Shown: positions 1 to 10,368 of the stretch, in pieces
How the letters are laid out: each line of letters begins with the position of its first letter
How positions within the stretch are numbered: the first letter of the stretch is position 1
NCBI GenBank assembly: GCA_001768565.1
Contig: MEOE01000023.1
Location: 223,215 to 287,214 of the forward strand
Length of the DNA: 64,000 nt
Direction of reading: 5' to 3'
DNA from: Bacteroidetes bacterium GWF2_33_16
GTDB lineage: Bacteria; Bacteroidota; Bacteroidia; Bacteroidales; UBA12077
Made by a program: the position numbers and the translations under genes
The notes under the pieces: generated by a model
What the model was told of the DNA's origin: nothing
Databases searched by the model: none
Seen by the model: only the letters and a program-made list of their open reading frames with translations

Positions 1-34
1 TTAATATGCTCTTTTTCATAATATTAAGTATTAA

Positions 35-3000
35 TTATTTCAGATTTTTCGAATAAACATTTGTTTCAAAGTTAACCAATCTAGGATTAAATCTAAAATT
101 TAACATCTTTTCTTGCATTACTATTTTATTTTTCATCGCACTCTGTAAAGTCGAATTATCAAAACCATTTTTATTTTTTCCATCAATACTATAAGTTACT
201 ATTTCTCTCTTATTTCGGTCATCTTCAATAGCTTCATCACCTGATTTGGACTGCTTTCTTTTTAACTTTTTCGATTTCCCGAATAATAAATCACTTAATT
301 TTATCTTTAAATGATATTCATAGTCCTCGCCAAAGCTTTGCATTCCATATGCAGTAATATCAACAGCATTACTTGAAATAAATGTTTCTGGCACATATAT
401 AGCGTTTTTAAAGATAAAAATATTGCTTTCTAGTGTCTTAAATTTAATATTATCTAACTCATCAATACCGGTAAATTTTGACATATTTGTTGCAGGCTCA
501 AAATTATACACTCCACCATTTTCAAGTTTTAAATCCCCTTTTACGCGAATATCTTTTTGAACTAAAGAGTCTTTTTCCATAACAATACGGGAAAATAAAT
601 CAGTTGAAAACAACCCACTTATATTTTCTGCCTTAATAGATGGTTCATAATAATCTTCAAAATTATTAAAACCAACTAAAAGCTTTTTCACATCCATTTT
701 CTGAATAACATGGTGTGTTTCTACTATCGCTTTGTTCTCAGGCCTAATCGTATATCTTATGGAACTGTTCATATTACCATCAAATGCTTTAAATTTAAAT
801 TGATCAATGATATACACACTATCCTGAACGTTAAACAAACTTGAAATATCTTTAATTAGAACTTTATCATAAGTAACACTATTCACTTTTAACACTCCCT
901 TTATAAGCATTGTAAAGTTTTTTGTGTACAGTTCTGCCCTTTCATTTTGTGGCTCTGCTAATTTTGTTTCAGATTGAGTTGAATCTGTTGCCATAAATAA
1001 AGCAAGCATAGCGTAATCCAAATCGCCTAAACTTAAGCGTGTATTTACAACTAGTTTCTCTGGCTCATTTTTAATTACTGATTTGTATAAATTTTCAATT
1101 ATTGTAGAATCGATCCCAAATTCTATTCCACCCACCAAACCATTCATATGATTAATAGTAATTTCTTGGGGGTCAGTTTTAATTTGGCCATTTAAATTTT
1201 CAATTTTGTATAAAGGATTATCTGCCATGATAGCAGTTACATTATTCAAATCAACATTTACTATGCTATTATTAAATGCAGCATATATTGCCTGATCTGC
1301 TATTGAATCGAGATCGAAAGTAGCCTTTGAATGAATATCAACTGCAACATTTCCTGTTAATTGTTTTAACAAATTAGCAGGCATTATTGATATTGTTTCT
1401 TCAAGATTAATTTTGATTTTAGTTTCGGTTTCATAACTTGGCCTTTTAAGATTTTCCACTTTAAGAAATCCCGAAATTTTTGCTCCCTTTGTTTCAATAT
1501 GATAATCTTTTATATTTAATTTCAATTCTGATGTATTATTTATACTTCCATAAAAATCCGTATTGAACGAAGTATTTCGAAGCTCGAAATGATATGTAGG
1601 AATATCAATATTTAAATTGCTAATCGTAAAATTATTAGGCTTATATGCGAAGAGAGTTGAAAAATTCTTAATAGACATTGACGAAGCCATATCTACATTA
1701 ATATCTTTAAACTGAATATTTGCTCTACTGTTTGCCATAATGTAATCCACAAAATCGTCTGTAATGGAATCGGGAAATTCTCCCTTCGTAAAAATGCTTG
1801 CTTTAATATCTCCATCAATATTTTGAATAATGGAGTCGGGCATAAATTTTCTAAACTCATTTATATCAATATTCAAATCGGCTTCAACATTATATTTTGG
1901 ATGATCAATGTCTAATACCGAAAAAGCAAAATCAAACTGACTCTTTTCTGTTTCAAAATGAAATAAGCTAAAACTGGCTTGAGATGATTGATTGTTTTTA
2001 AGAATACCATTAGTAACATCGCCTTTAAATGCGATGTTTTTTAAATTCGGATAATCCTTTATTTTAATATTTCCATTTACCAAATCCACCTTTAAATCCA
2101 CTTTTGGCATTTCTGATTCAGAATAAAACCCGTTAATTGTTGCATTCAGATTTAAGTTTCCTGAAACATGCTGCACTCCAAACTCCTTAAGCATTTCTTC
2201 AGGCACATATTTTATAAGCTCGCCTAAAATTAATTCGGTTCCGATTATGTTTACATTCGTTTTAATTTGATTTCCTAAAATTGCATTTCCAACGATGTTT
2301 AATTTAGCACCATCAGTGTTTATGTCTAGTTCTTTAATAGTAATTAAATCATTATCATAATCTGCATCAAAATCAATATTTGTTTTTTTCATTAAATGCA
2401 AATTCGTTGCTCCATATATACAATTTGATAAACTAACTTTTCCTTTTGCCGATGCTATTATATCTTCTCCTTTAAGCTTTCCTTTTATCTTTAATTCCGG
2501 AATAAATACATTAGCTGCTGCTTTCATTTTTTGATCAACAAAATTCAAATCAATATTCTTTAAAGAAAGATCGGTTAAGGTTAAGTCTATTGGCTTAGAT
2601 GGAGTTGTATCCTCTAATTCTGTTTCATTTGGTGCTATTAGGAAATCAATATTTGAAACACCATTTGTATCAACCAAATAATTAATATTTGCCCCATCCA
2701 CGTCCACTTTCATTACTTCTACTATCCCTTTAAATAAAGGCTTTGATTTTACCGAAATATATAATTTACTAATGCTAATAATTGTATCTAAATTAAAAGA
2801 ACCAGAATCGACCTTAGATTTGTGTGCACTTAAAAGAACATGATTTAATTCAATAGTTGCTAAAGGGAATTTTCGAAGTAAATTGAACGATACATTGTCC
2901 ACAATAACAGGAGCTTCAATATTTTCGCTTAGCTTCTTCAAAACCATATCTGTAATATCATCTTCCAATAATTTTGCAACAATGGTTAACACAATAGCTA

Positions 3001-3052
3001 ATGCAATAACAATAATAATAAAGTAAGTTAAAATTTTAAAAAGCTTTTTCAT
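35..3052 (-). CDS. AsmA family / AsmA-like envelope biogenesis protein (N-terminally anchored, 1005 aa)
   Basis: ATG start. There is a single N-terminal TM helix (ILTYFIIIVIALAIVLTIVA). It is followed by the pattern ...VSFNLLRKFPLATIELNHV..., typical of AsmA-family N-termini, and then a long beta-rich repetitive body. Confidence 0.7.
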   Translation of the reverse strand: MKKLFKILTYFIIIVIALAIVLTIVAKLLEDDITDMVLKKLSENIEAPVIVDNVSFNLLRKFPLATIELNHVLLSAHKSKVDSGSFNLDTIISISKLYISVKSKPLFKGIVEVMKVDVDGANINYLVDTNGVSNIDFLIAPNETELEDTTPSKPIDLTLTDLSLKNIDLNFVDQKMKAAANVFIPELKIKGKLKGEDIIASAKGKVSLSNCIYGATNLHLMKKTNIDFDADYDNDLITIKELDINTDGAKLNIVGNAILGNQIKTNVNIIGTELILGELIKYVPEEMLKEFGVQHVSGNLNLNATINGFYSESEMPKVDLKVDLVNGNIKIKDYPNLKNIAFKGDVTNGILKNNQSSQASFSLFHFETEKSQFDFAFSVLDIDHPKYNVEADLNIDINEFRKFMPDSIIQNIDGDIKASIFTKGEFPDSITDDFVDYIMANSRANIQFKDINVDMASSMSIKNFSTLFAYKPNNFTISNLNIDIPTYHFELRNTSFNTDFYGSINNTSELKLNIKDYHIETKGAKISGFLKVENLKRPSYETETKIKINLEETISIMPANLLKQLTGNVAVDIHSKATFDLDSIADQAIYAAFNNSIVNVDLNNVTAIMADNPLYKIENLNGQIKTDPQEITINHMNGLVGGIEFGIDSTIIENLYKSVIKNEPEKLVVNTRLSLGDLDYAMLALFMATDSTQSETKLAEPQNERAELYTKNFTMLIKGVLKVNSVTYDKVLIKDISSLFNVQDSVYIIDQFKFKAFDGNMNSSIRYTIRPENKAIVETHHVIQKMDVKKLLVGFNNFEDYYEPSIKAENISGLFSTDLFSRIVMEKDSLVQKDIRVKGDLKLENGGVYNFEPATNMSKFTGIDELDNIKFKTLESNIFIFKNAIYVPETFISSNAVDITAYGMQSFGEDYEYHLKIKLSDLLFGKSKKLKRKQSKSGDEAIEDDRNKREIVTYSIDGKNKNGFDNSTLQSAMKNKIVMQEKMLNFRFNPRLVNFETNVYSKNLK

Positions 3053-3165
3053 TTAAATACACATTGAATATATACAATCGAACATCACAGCAAATTATAA
3101 GCCGAATTTACTGATTTTCGAGTGATAATAAAATCTATAATTAAAAGAAATAATAGATGTAGTTT

Positions 3166-4551
3166 TTATTCTAAACCATACTTATCAATTAAGTAAACCA
3201 AAGATGCTATTGTTGCAGCACCTTTTTGCATATCGGAGGGTTTAACTTTGTCGAATGTATCATTTGCAGAATGATGGTAGTCGAAATAATGTTTTGGATC
3301 GGTAAGTAAACCCATAAGTACTGCTCCGTGATCTTTTAATGGAGCAATATCAACACCGCCACCACCTGCAATAAAAACATCCACATTATATGGTATAAAT
3401 AGCTCTTTCCATCCTGTAATCTTAAGCAATTTATCAGATGATGCATCGATTGAAAAACCAAGAGGTGTGTCGACACCGCGATCACTTTCTATTGCAGCAA
3501 TATGTATTTCTCCATTAAGTTTTGCTTGTTCTGCATAAGCACGTCCACCACCTTGCGATATTTCTTCATCCATATACATTACTGCACGAATAGATCTCTT
3601 TGGTCTTATTCCCAACTCTTTAAAAATCCGCAATACCTCAATTGCCTGCATACATCCTCCACCGTCGTCGTGAGCTCCGGGGCTGTTATCCCATGCATCG
3701 AGATGACCACCAATAATAATATATTCGTTAGGAAACTCCGTGCCTGTCATTTCTCCTATTGTATTATAGGTAATTGTATCAGGTAGGTTTTCACAATCTG
3801 TTTTAAAATAGAATTTGAGGTCTGGATTTTGCTTTAAATATTCGCTAAGAAGATTTGCATGTTGTGTGGCAATCGCAACTGCCGGAACCGTAGGTTCTCC
3901 TTCAACTTTACGAGTTACACCGGTATGAGGAAAAGTGTCAGTTGCACAAGTTAATGAACGTATAACTACACCCACAGCTCCTTTTTCTGCTGCTATTATT
4001 GGTCCCATAAAACGTTGACCAGCTGCTTCGCCATATGCCTGAAAAGGATTTTGAAGATTCGGATTCATGGCTTGATTTAAAAATACTATTTTCCCTTCCA
4101 CATAGTTTGTTTGTAATTGAGCAAGAGCATCCAAACCATTTACCTCAATAACAGTAGCTTCAATTCCATTTTCAGGAGTTGCTATACCACGACCCAATGC
4201 ACATACATTAACCGGAATTAATTGATCTTTAATTTTTATATTCCCAATTTCCTGCGATCCACGTTTCCAGTTCATAACCGTAGCTTCCTGCAAAAATACC
4301 TTGTCGAAATTTAAATCCTCCATTATTGATTGGGTCCACTTTGCTGCTTCGATACTTTGCGGATAACAAGCCAGCCGTTTTGTATAGTTCTTTGTTAAAT
4401 AACGAAGGTTTTCATATGACTGGGTATTATTTTCTGCCTCATAATAAATTAATCCTATAACTATATCATCGGCAAGTTTATCGATTGATTTTGGAGTTGA
4501 ACACGATGCTAAAAGTGAAATGCAAATTATTAAAGTGATTATTTTTTTCAT
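3166..4551 (-). CDS. M28 family metallopeptidase (aminopeptidase) lipoprotein with PA-like insert
   Basis: Lipoprotein signal (LLASCS). The M28 zinc-ligand block IIIGGHLDAWDNSPGAHDDGGGC is present, plus a downstream EE and a His-containing motif (YHHSANDT). Confidence 0.85.
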   Translation of the reverse strand: MKKIITLIICISLLASCSTPKSIDKLADDIVIGLIYYEAENNTQSYENLRYLTKNYTKRLACYPQSIEAAKWTQSIMEDLNFDKVFLQEATVMNWKRGSQEIGNIKIKDQLIPVNVCALGRGIATPENGIEATVIEVNGLDALAQLQTNYVEGKIVFLNQAMNPNLQNPFQAYGEAAGQRFMGPIIAAEKGAVGVVIRSLTCATDTFPHTGVTRKVEGEPTVPAVAIATQHANLLSEYLKQNPDLKFYFKTDCENLPDTITYNTIGEMTGTEFPNEYIIIGGHLDAWDNSPGAHDDGGGCMQAIEVLRIFKELGIRPKRSIRAVMYMDEEISQGGGRAYAEQAKLNGEIHIAAIESDRGVDTPLGFSIDASSDKLLKITGWKELFIPYNVDVFIAGGGGVDIAPLKDHGAVLMGLLTDPKHYFDYHHSANDTFDKVKPSDMQKGAATIASLVYLIDKYGLE

Positions 4552-4609
4552 TGTACAGAATTATGTTCTTTGACTATCGTAACTAAATTTAGATTAAACC
4601 AAGACTCAC

Positions 4610-6919
4610 TTAATTATTAATTGAAACTATCAAATCATCGATCCAGCAAGTATCTCCATCTGGGTTCCAGATATAAAAACTCAGTATATGTCCGTTGTAC
4701 TGATCAATATTCAAAAATATCCTGAATTGATTTTCATTCCAACTGTCAGAAAATAATTTATCAAGAGATTTGCTCGTCCAGAAAGCAGGTTTTCCATCTT
4801 TTTCGATTGAAAGAACAACTAATGAATTGGATTTTTTATTTAAGAAAGCCTGACATGATGCAAAAAACTCAATATATCCTGTTTCAGAATTTATACTATC
4901 TACCGGTATTACATATGATGCAGAGAAGCCATTTCTTTTAATTCTGTTTGAAAATTTCCCAGAATAAACCTTGAGAGAATCATGGTTTTCGGAATTCCAG
5001 CTCCAACAATCTGGTTTGCTTTCAAAATCATTTTTTGAATAAATAATAGGTTCTTTTATAGGAGCTTGAAGATTCTCTAAATAAGATAAGTCAGTCGAAT
5101 CTGTACATTCGATTACATTCCATTCAAGATTAATCTGCTGGTCTAATAAATCTTGTCCATTGGATGAGAGTCGAATAAACTCAACATTTTTATTTAGTTC
5201 AGGTTTATTTATATCGATAATAAATGGATTTATCCACAGGCCCGAAATAGCTGTTTCGGGATTAAAACGGTACAAATAAATTGTTCCATCAGTAAATTTA
5301 TACTCAATCTGAAAGAATTCTCCTTTATATAAAAACGATTTAATTTTAGCCAACAATTTTTCTGAATAGTAAAATTTAACCCGAAGAATTCCATTCTCGC
5401 TATGAGGAACGCCTATCCATTCCTTCCATTTTCTCGATTCTCTTTTTATTAATTTCGGTTCAGAGAAAACCGATTCTGGTCGTTTGGCAAGCAAAGCATA
5501 TTCGGTGGTACTTTGTACAATTTTATAATTCGAAAGCAGGTTTAAAATTGATAATGGTTCGTCGTTCAATATATATCGACCATCCAATGACCCCAATTTT
5601 GTGTAATTCGGACAATCATTAAAATGAAATAAAACATACTCCGGGCCTGTTGTTAGTAAAAATGCGCTAGCCGAAATACTATCAATCCATAAACTATATG
5701 CTCCTGCCTGTAAAGTTGCTCGTGGTTTCCAGTTCAGTGAATTTGAAGGAATATAACTAAGTTCCCACGGAAAAATATCGATCGATTTATCGCCTATTAT
5801 ACTTCTTGTTGAATTATCCAGAATTGCTACTTTTAATGATTCATTAACTGAATTTTCACCTTTCAGCCTACTAGTTTTAAAATTGATTATACTTTTGTAA
5901 AAATTCACTGGACTATTGGAGAAATGAATAGGCTTGTCATATCCCGGAATATTTCTCATATTCAATGCAAAAAATAAAATTGATAAAAGCATTGGAATAA
6001 AAACCCATCGCTTTTTCTCTTGAGTAATAATCAATAAAAAACCAAAAAAGATGATCAGAAAATCGAGGAATATCCGATTATGAAAAATATCTTCGCGTAC
6101 GATCGCATGTTTCCATGCGGCAAAACTTGCAAACGCCATTAATGCATAAAGCAAATAGGTTTCTTTTTTTCGAAGAATAAATGGTATGGTTGCAAATAGA
6201 ATGAGGCTCAGGCTTAGAAAAAACCAGTTATTATCAGGAAAAAGACTTAAAGCAGATGAATATCCTGAAATCATCTTGACCGTGGAAAACAGAAAATGAA
6301 AAAGCCCATAAAAACTACCAATCAGTATCACTCCAATAACACTAAGCGTTAAAAACCAAACTGGTAATAGATAATACTTTTTATATAGAAATTGGTATGC
6401 TGAATAAACTAAAATAATAGAAAAACAGCTCAAACCCAGTGATGATTTAATAAAAACAGCCGTAACCGAAATTATAACGGAGACTAATAAATACCAAATT
6501 TTATTTGTTTTTTGGTGTAGTAAAATACCAGCCAGAACCAATCCTATAATTGAATTATCGAATGTTGAAAAAAACAAGATTAGAAGGATTACTCCAGCAG
6601 CATATGTAACTTTTAGTTTGTTTTTTCGTGACAAAATCAATAAAAACGAAACAAGCAAACCTCGTACAAGTGAGTAGAAGATGATTCCGGTTTGATAATT
6701 AGCCCCAATAAAGAAGGGGCTTTTTAAAAATCCAAGCGGACCAAAGGGATAAATTAATGTGCCAAAGGTTTCCTTATAATCGGCAAAAAAATAGTTTAAT
6801 GCCCAAAAGTACGAAGCATCGAGTCCGTTATAATGTGTAATAACAAACGAAGGAAAGGTTAAAAGAAAAATTACTAATCCAATTGAGAAGTAAACAATAT
6901 TGCTTTTTGAATCTTTCAA
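4610..6919 (-). CDS. Uncharacterised polytopic membrane protein with a large C-terminal extracytoplasmic beta-rich domain; possible GT-C type glycosyltransferase
   Basis: 769-aa ORF. About 11-13 hydrophobic helices occupy the first ~330 aa, followed by a ~430-aa soluble region. The region ends in a jelly-roll/CBM-like tail (...CWIDDLIVSINN). The only canonical start is TTG at 6919, 12 nt after the stop of the upstream GT2 gene. Confidence 0.6.
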   Translation of the reverse strand: MKDSKSNIVYFSIGLVIFLLTFPSFVITHYNGLDASYFWALNYFFADYKETFGTLIYPFGPLGFLKSPFFIGANYQTGIIFYSLVRGLLVSFLLILSRKNKLKVTYAAGVILLILFFSTFDNSIIGLVLAGILLHQKTNKIWYLLVSVIISVTAVFIKSSLGLSCFSIILVYSAYQFLYKKYYLLPVWFLTLSVIGVILIGSFYGLFHFLFSTVKMISGYSSALSLFPDNNWFFLSLSLILFATIPFILRKKETYLLYALMAFASFAAWKHAIVREDIFHNRIFLDFLIIFFGFLLIITQEKKRWVFIPMLLSILFFALNMRNIPGYDKPIHFSNSPVNFYKSIINFKTSRLKGENSVNESLKVAILDNSTRSIIGDKSIDIFPWELSYIPSNSLNWKPRATLQAGAYSLWIDSISASAFLLTTGPEYVLFHFNDCPNYTKLGSLDGRYILNDEPLSILNLLSNYKIVQSTTEYALLAKRPESVFSEPKLIKRESRKWKEWIGVPHSENGILRVKFYYSEKLLAKIKSFLYKGEFFQIEYKFTDGTIYLYRFNPETAISGLWINPFIIDINKPELNKNVEFIRLSSNGQDLLDQQINLEWNVIECTDSTDLSYLENLQAPIKEPIIYSKNDFESKPDCWSWNSENHDSLKVYSGKFSNRIKRNGFSASYVIPVDSINSETGYIEFFASCQAFLNKKSNSLVVLSIEKDGKPAFWTSKSLDKLFSDSWNENQFRIFLNIDQYNGHILSFYIWNPDGDTCWIDDLIVSINN

Positions 6920-6930
6920 TTTTATTGTTC

Positions 6931-7827
6931 CTACTTAATAGGTTTACTTATTAGCAAACCAAGTTTATAAAAAGCAAATAAATTAATGCTAATAAAACCC
7001 GATAGTAATAAGGCTCTAATCATGGGCTTAAAAATCCAAAAAAACACTTTTACAACAAACAAAATCCTGAATTTTGTAAGTGCATTAAAGGTTTTTAATA
7101 AAGCAATTTCCTTTTCAAAATCTGAATCTTTGGAAATATCTCTAATATATAACAAGCTTTCAATTGATTGCTCTGTTTTTATAATAAATTGTTCATTGGT
7201 TTCGAGCTGAGTATGTAAAACAGGATTATTGATATGTTTTATTTGAACACCGGATTTCTTAAGCTGAAACCCAAACCAAGTATCTTCGTGCCCATAACCA
7301 GCTATTCGCTCATCAAACTTTACCGACTTAAAAACATCTCTTCTAATAAGAAAGTTAATTGTTTTAAACGATTTGTATGGATTTTTCGCTCTTTTTTCAG
7401 GAGAAACAACTTCATTGGCGTGTCCGTATTTCCATCGTAATAAAAAATCTTTTTCAGGTCTCTTGTTCGAATAAAATAATCCGCCACAAATAATAGGGTA
7501 ATCGATAGATATTGATGTAATATAATCTAAAACAAATGATTCGGAAACAATCGCTGCGTCGCAATCGAGAAAAAGCATGTTGTCGAACAAGGCATAATCT
7601 AGAAATAAATTACGAATTTTTGATCTTCCAATGTTTTTCTGCAATTCAACATACTTTACATTATCCAATCTAGAAATTGATTCGTTCTGAAGTTTAAAAT
7701 GGATATCAGAGAAATCATCAATTAAAATAATTTCAAACGCAACACTTAACCCTGATGCCTGTTTGTGCAAATCACCAACTAGTTTTACAACATTGTAATT
7801 ATATATAGGGATACAAATTGAAAGCAT
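6931..7827 (-). CDS. Glycosyltransferase family 2 protein with C-terminal hydrophobic segments
   Basis: N-terminus is MLSICIPIYNY...EIILIDDFSD (GT-A fold with a DxD-like motif). LDCDA and GHED motifs are present. Two hydrophobic segments lie at the C-terminus (ILFVVKVFFWIF, ALLLSGFISINLFAFYKLGLLI). Confidence 0.85.
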   Translation of the reverse strand: MLSICIPIYNYNVVKLVGDLHKQASGLSVAFEIILIDDFSDIHFKLQNESISRLDNVKYVELQKNIGRSKIRNLFLDYALFDNMLFLDCDAAIVSESFVLDYITSISIDYPIICGGLFYSNKRPEKDFLLRWKYGHANEVVSPEKRAKNPYKSFKTINFLIRRDVFKSVKFDERIAGYGHEDTWFGFQLKKSGVQIKHINNPVLHTQLETNEQFIIKTEQSIESLLYIRDISKDSDFEKEIALLKTFNALTKFRILFVVKVFFWIFKPMIRALLLSGFISINLFAFYKLGLLISKPIK

Positions 7828-7883
7828 AAGAGTTGTTTGTAATTTGATTCAAATACCCAATATTAAGAATAATTGCACAGATT

Positions 7884-7980
7884 ATAATGGACTGAAGTCC
7901 ATTTTTTAGTTAATAAATAACCCCAGCCTTAAGACCAGGGTTATACAAACTCTTATATTAGGGATTTAGAACCCAAATTA
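7884..7980. repeat. Intergenic triple-hairpin repeat, copy A (related to 44906-45000)
   Basis: HP1 is AATGGACT-GA-AGTCCATT (7886-7903, a perfect 8-bp stem). HP2 is ATAACCC...GGGTTAT (7917-7944). HP3 is GGG-ATTTAGAA-CCC (7961-7974). The modules occur in the same order, and with near-identical sequence, as copy B. Confidence 0.7.
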
Positions 7981-7992
7981 TTTTACAGCTTA

Positions 7993-10368
7993 TTATTCGT
8001 ATCGCAACGAATTTACCGGATTTTGAATTGCTGCTTTGTATATTCTCCAGCTAATAGTTAATAATGCCGAAATAAAAAGTATAATTATTGGAATAATAAA
8101 ACTATATGCATTGGCTGAAACATATTCCTTCCAAATGCTAGCCATAAGCATATCGGAACTATAATAACCCAATCCGCATCCTATGAGCGCTGCAATACCG
8201 AGGATTATTATAAATGGCTTCGAAATATTTTGTGAGATATTGCCAATACCTGCTCCCATCACTTTTCGTATTCCAATTTCTTTTGTTCGGTTTAAAATAC
8301 TAAGACTAACTAATGTATAAAGACCTATTACTGATGACAACAATGCACAAATAGCCAGAAAAACGAACATTATTTTAATGTTTTTATTTATCTGTTTCGC
8401 TTCATTCAATAACTCAACCTGAAATCTTCCATTGTAAGGATAATTAGGAATAATCGCTGCCCACTCTTTCTTAAGATACTCATTTATATCATTTAAGTTT
8501 TCTTTTGATGCACGAACAGCAATCTGCCTGTACTCATCTTCAGGATCGAGTCTAAATATTAATGGTTCAACAGGCGCCCAAAAACCATACAAATAAATAT
8601 CTTTTGAAACGCCAATAATCTGCAAGGCCAATGTGTCATTCATATAAACTGTTTTACCAACAGGTTCTTCCAATCCAAAATCATTTACAAATTTTTCATT
8701 TACAATTACTGATTGACCCTCAATATCGGCCGATTGATTTTCTAAACCGAAATTTCTTCCTTGTAAAACTTTAACACCCATTGTTTTGAGGTAATCATAT
8801 CCGATATGCATAATATTTGTTTCGACCTGTTGATCGAGGTATTTAATTGATCGGTTATAATTTCCATAACCAATATGATAACTTGTTCCGGCATACATTT
8901 CAATTTTGGGATTACTCCGTATTACCTGTTCAAATGGTTTATAATCATTTTTATTATTAACTGATAGAATAATAATGTTGTCTTTATCGTAACCAAACTC
9001 AGCCTCATCCTGAAAAATAGCATTCTGGGTAAAAATAACTCCCGAAACAATTGCCATAACCGAGATTGAGAATTGTACTACAAGTAAAATTTTTGATAAT
9101 GCATTTCTACCACTTAACTTTAGCTTTTCGCGAAATATTTTTACAGGATTAAAACGACTAACATAAAACGCAGGGTATGCACCAGCCAGAAGTGCTGTAA
9201 CAATCCATAAAAGAAAAACAAACACAATAAGCGAAGGGGTTTGCTTAAAATCCATTACCAGATCCATATATTCCCACATTGATGAATAGGCAGGCACAAG
9301 GAACCCTGCAAAAGCAACACCCAGAATAACGGCAATTAAGCTTATTATAAGGTTCTCGCTAATAAACTGTATAATAATATGCCGCCTTAATCCGCCAAAG
9401 ACTTTTCGAAGACCAATTTCCTTTAACCGCTTTCCTGCAAATGAAATAGCTGAGTTCATAAAGTTAAATGCTGCAATTATCAATATAAATATTGCCATAA
9501 TTGGAGGTGCAATTACTGCTGCCGGATGAAAACTTGGGCGCAACCACATTGCCCATACTTCGCGATCTTCGGCAACATCTTTTAACGATTTGGTAAAAAA
9601 CCTTGTGATCTTCCAATCTTGGCGTGCATCGTTCTGAACAGGAATAAATTTGCTTAGTAGTTCGTTAATTTGTGAGATTTTATTTTGATCCTTTACTAGT
9701 AAAAATGTAGCTGCAACCCAGTTATCCCATTTCTGATCATCAATTTGCCACATATCTCTATAATTATCAATTTGAGTAATGGCTTCGTGAAAAAATATTG
9801 TATTTAAAGGCAAGGTTTTAAAAATACCTCCTACAATAAATGCTGTTTCCTGACCTTGATCATTAAATATTGTTATCACTTTTCCAATAGGATCTTCATT
9901 GCCAAAATAAATTGATGCCAGGTTTTCATTTATTAGAATCTTACCTTTATCGCGTATTGCATCTTTGCTCCCCTTTACCATATCAACCGAAAAAACCTCA
10001 AAATAATTTGGATCAGCATAACCTATTCGTTTACTGAATATTTTATCATCGTATTTTATGGGTGAAAACGAAGTAATATATCGACAAACCTGATCAATAC
10101 CTGATATGTCTTGTTTAATTAATTGGGCCAGAGCAAATGGGGTAATTCCATATTCCTGCTCACGGCTTTGCATATCGCGGGTTATGTTTATCTTATAAAT
10201 TTGATTATAGTTTGCATGCGTTTTATCCCAATCGGAATCATACTTTGTATTTAAGTATGCTGTAATACATAGAGCCAAGGCAATGGCTAATCCAAGAATA
10301 TTAATTCCAACAAAAAGGAAATTCTTCGATATATATCGAAGAGAAAGTATAAAATAATTTTTAAACAT
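7993..10368 (-). CDS. ABC transporter permease, FtsX/MacB-like (about 791 aa)
   Basis: N-terminus MFKNYFILSLRYISKN is typical of Bacteroidota FtsX-family permeases. There are two TM bundles, each followed by an FtsX-type block (GLRKVFGG..., GIRKVMGAG...). Large periplasmic domains lie between them. I prefer ATG at 10368 over the TTG at 10395 used by the ORF track. Confidence 0.85.
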   Translation of the reverse strand: MFKNYFILSLRYISKNFLFVGINILGLAIALALCITAYLNTKYDSDWDKTHANYNQIYKINITRDMQSREQEYGITPFALAQLIKQDISGIDQVCRYITSFSPIKYDDKIFSKRIGYADPNYFEVFSVDMVKGSKDAIRDKGKILINENLASIYFGNEDPIGKVITIFNDQGQETAFIVGGIFKTLPLNTIFFHEAITQIDNYRDMWQIDDQKWDNWVAATFLLVKDQNKISQINELLSKFIPVQNDARQDWKITRFFTKSLKDVAEDREVWAMWLRPSFHPAAVIAPPIMAIFILIIAAFNFMNSAISFAGKRLKEIGLRKVFGGLRRHIIIQFISENLIISLIAVILGVAFAGFLVPAYSSMWEYMDLVMDFKQTPSLIVFVFLLWIVTALLAGAYPAFYVSRFNPVKIFREKLKLSGRNALSKILLVVQFSISVMAIVSGVIFTQNAIFQDEAEFGYDKDNIIILSVNNKNDYKPFEQVIRSNPKIEMYAGTSYHIGYGNYNRSIKYLDQQVETNIMHIGYDYLKTMGVKVLQGRNFGLENQSADIEGQSVIVNEKFVNDFGLEEPVGKTVYMNDTLALQIIGVSKDIYLYGFWAPVEPLIFRLDPEDEYRQIAVRASKENLNDINEYLKKEWAAIIPNYPYNGRFQVELLNEAKQINKNIKIMFVFLAICALLSSVIGLYTLVSLSILNRTKEIGIRKVMGAGIGNISQNISKPFIIILGIAALIGCGLGYYSSDMLMASIWKEYVSANAYSFIIPIIILFISALLTISWRIYKAAIQNPVNSLRYE

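Noticed and set aside
1-19. A possible start of another minus-strand gene. The reverse complement reads ATGAAAAAGAGCATATTAA, giving MKKSIL..., and runs off the left edge.
   Set aside because: Only six codons are visible, so it cannot be supported from this window.
3053-3165. The segment attataagccgaattt resembles attataagcctgacttt in repeat copy B.
   Set aside because: - The similarity covers only ~16 nt in AT-rich sequence.
- None of the three hairpin modules is present.
- It is likely chance.
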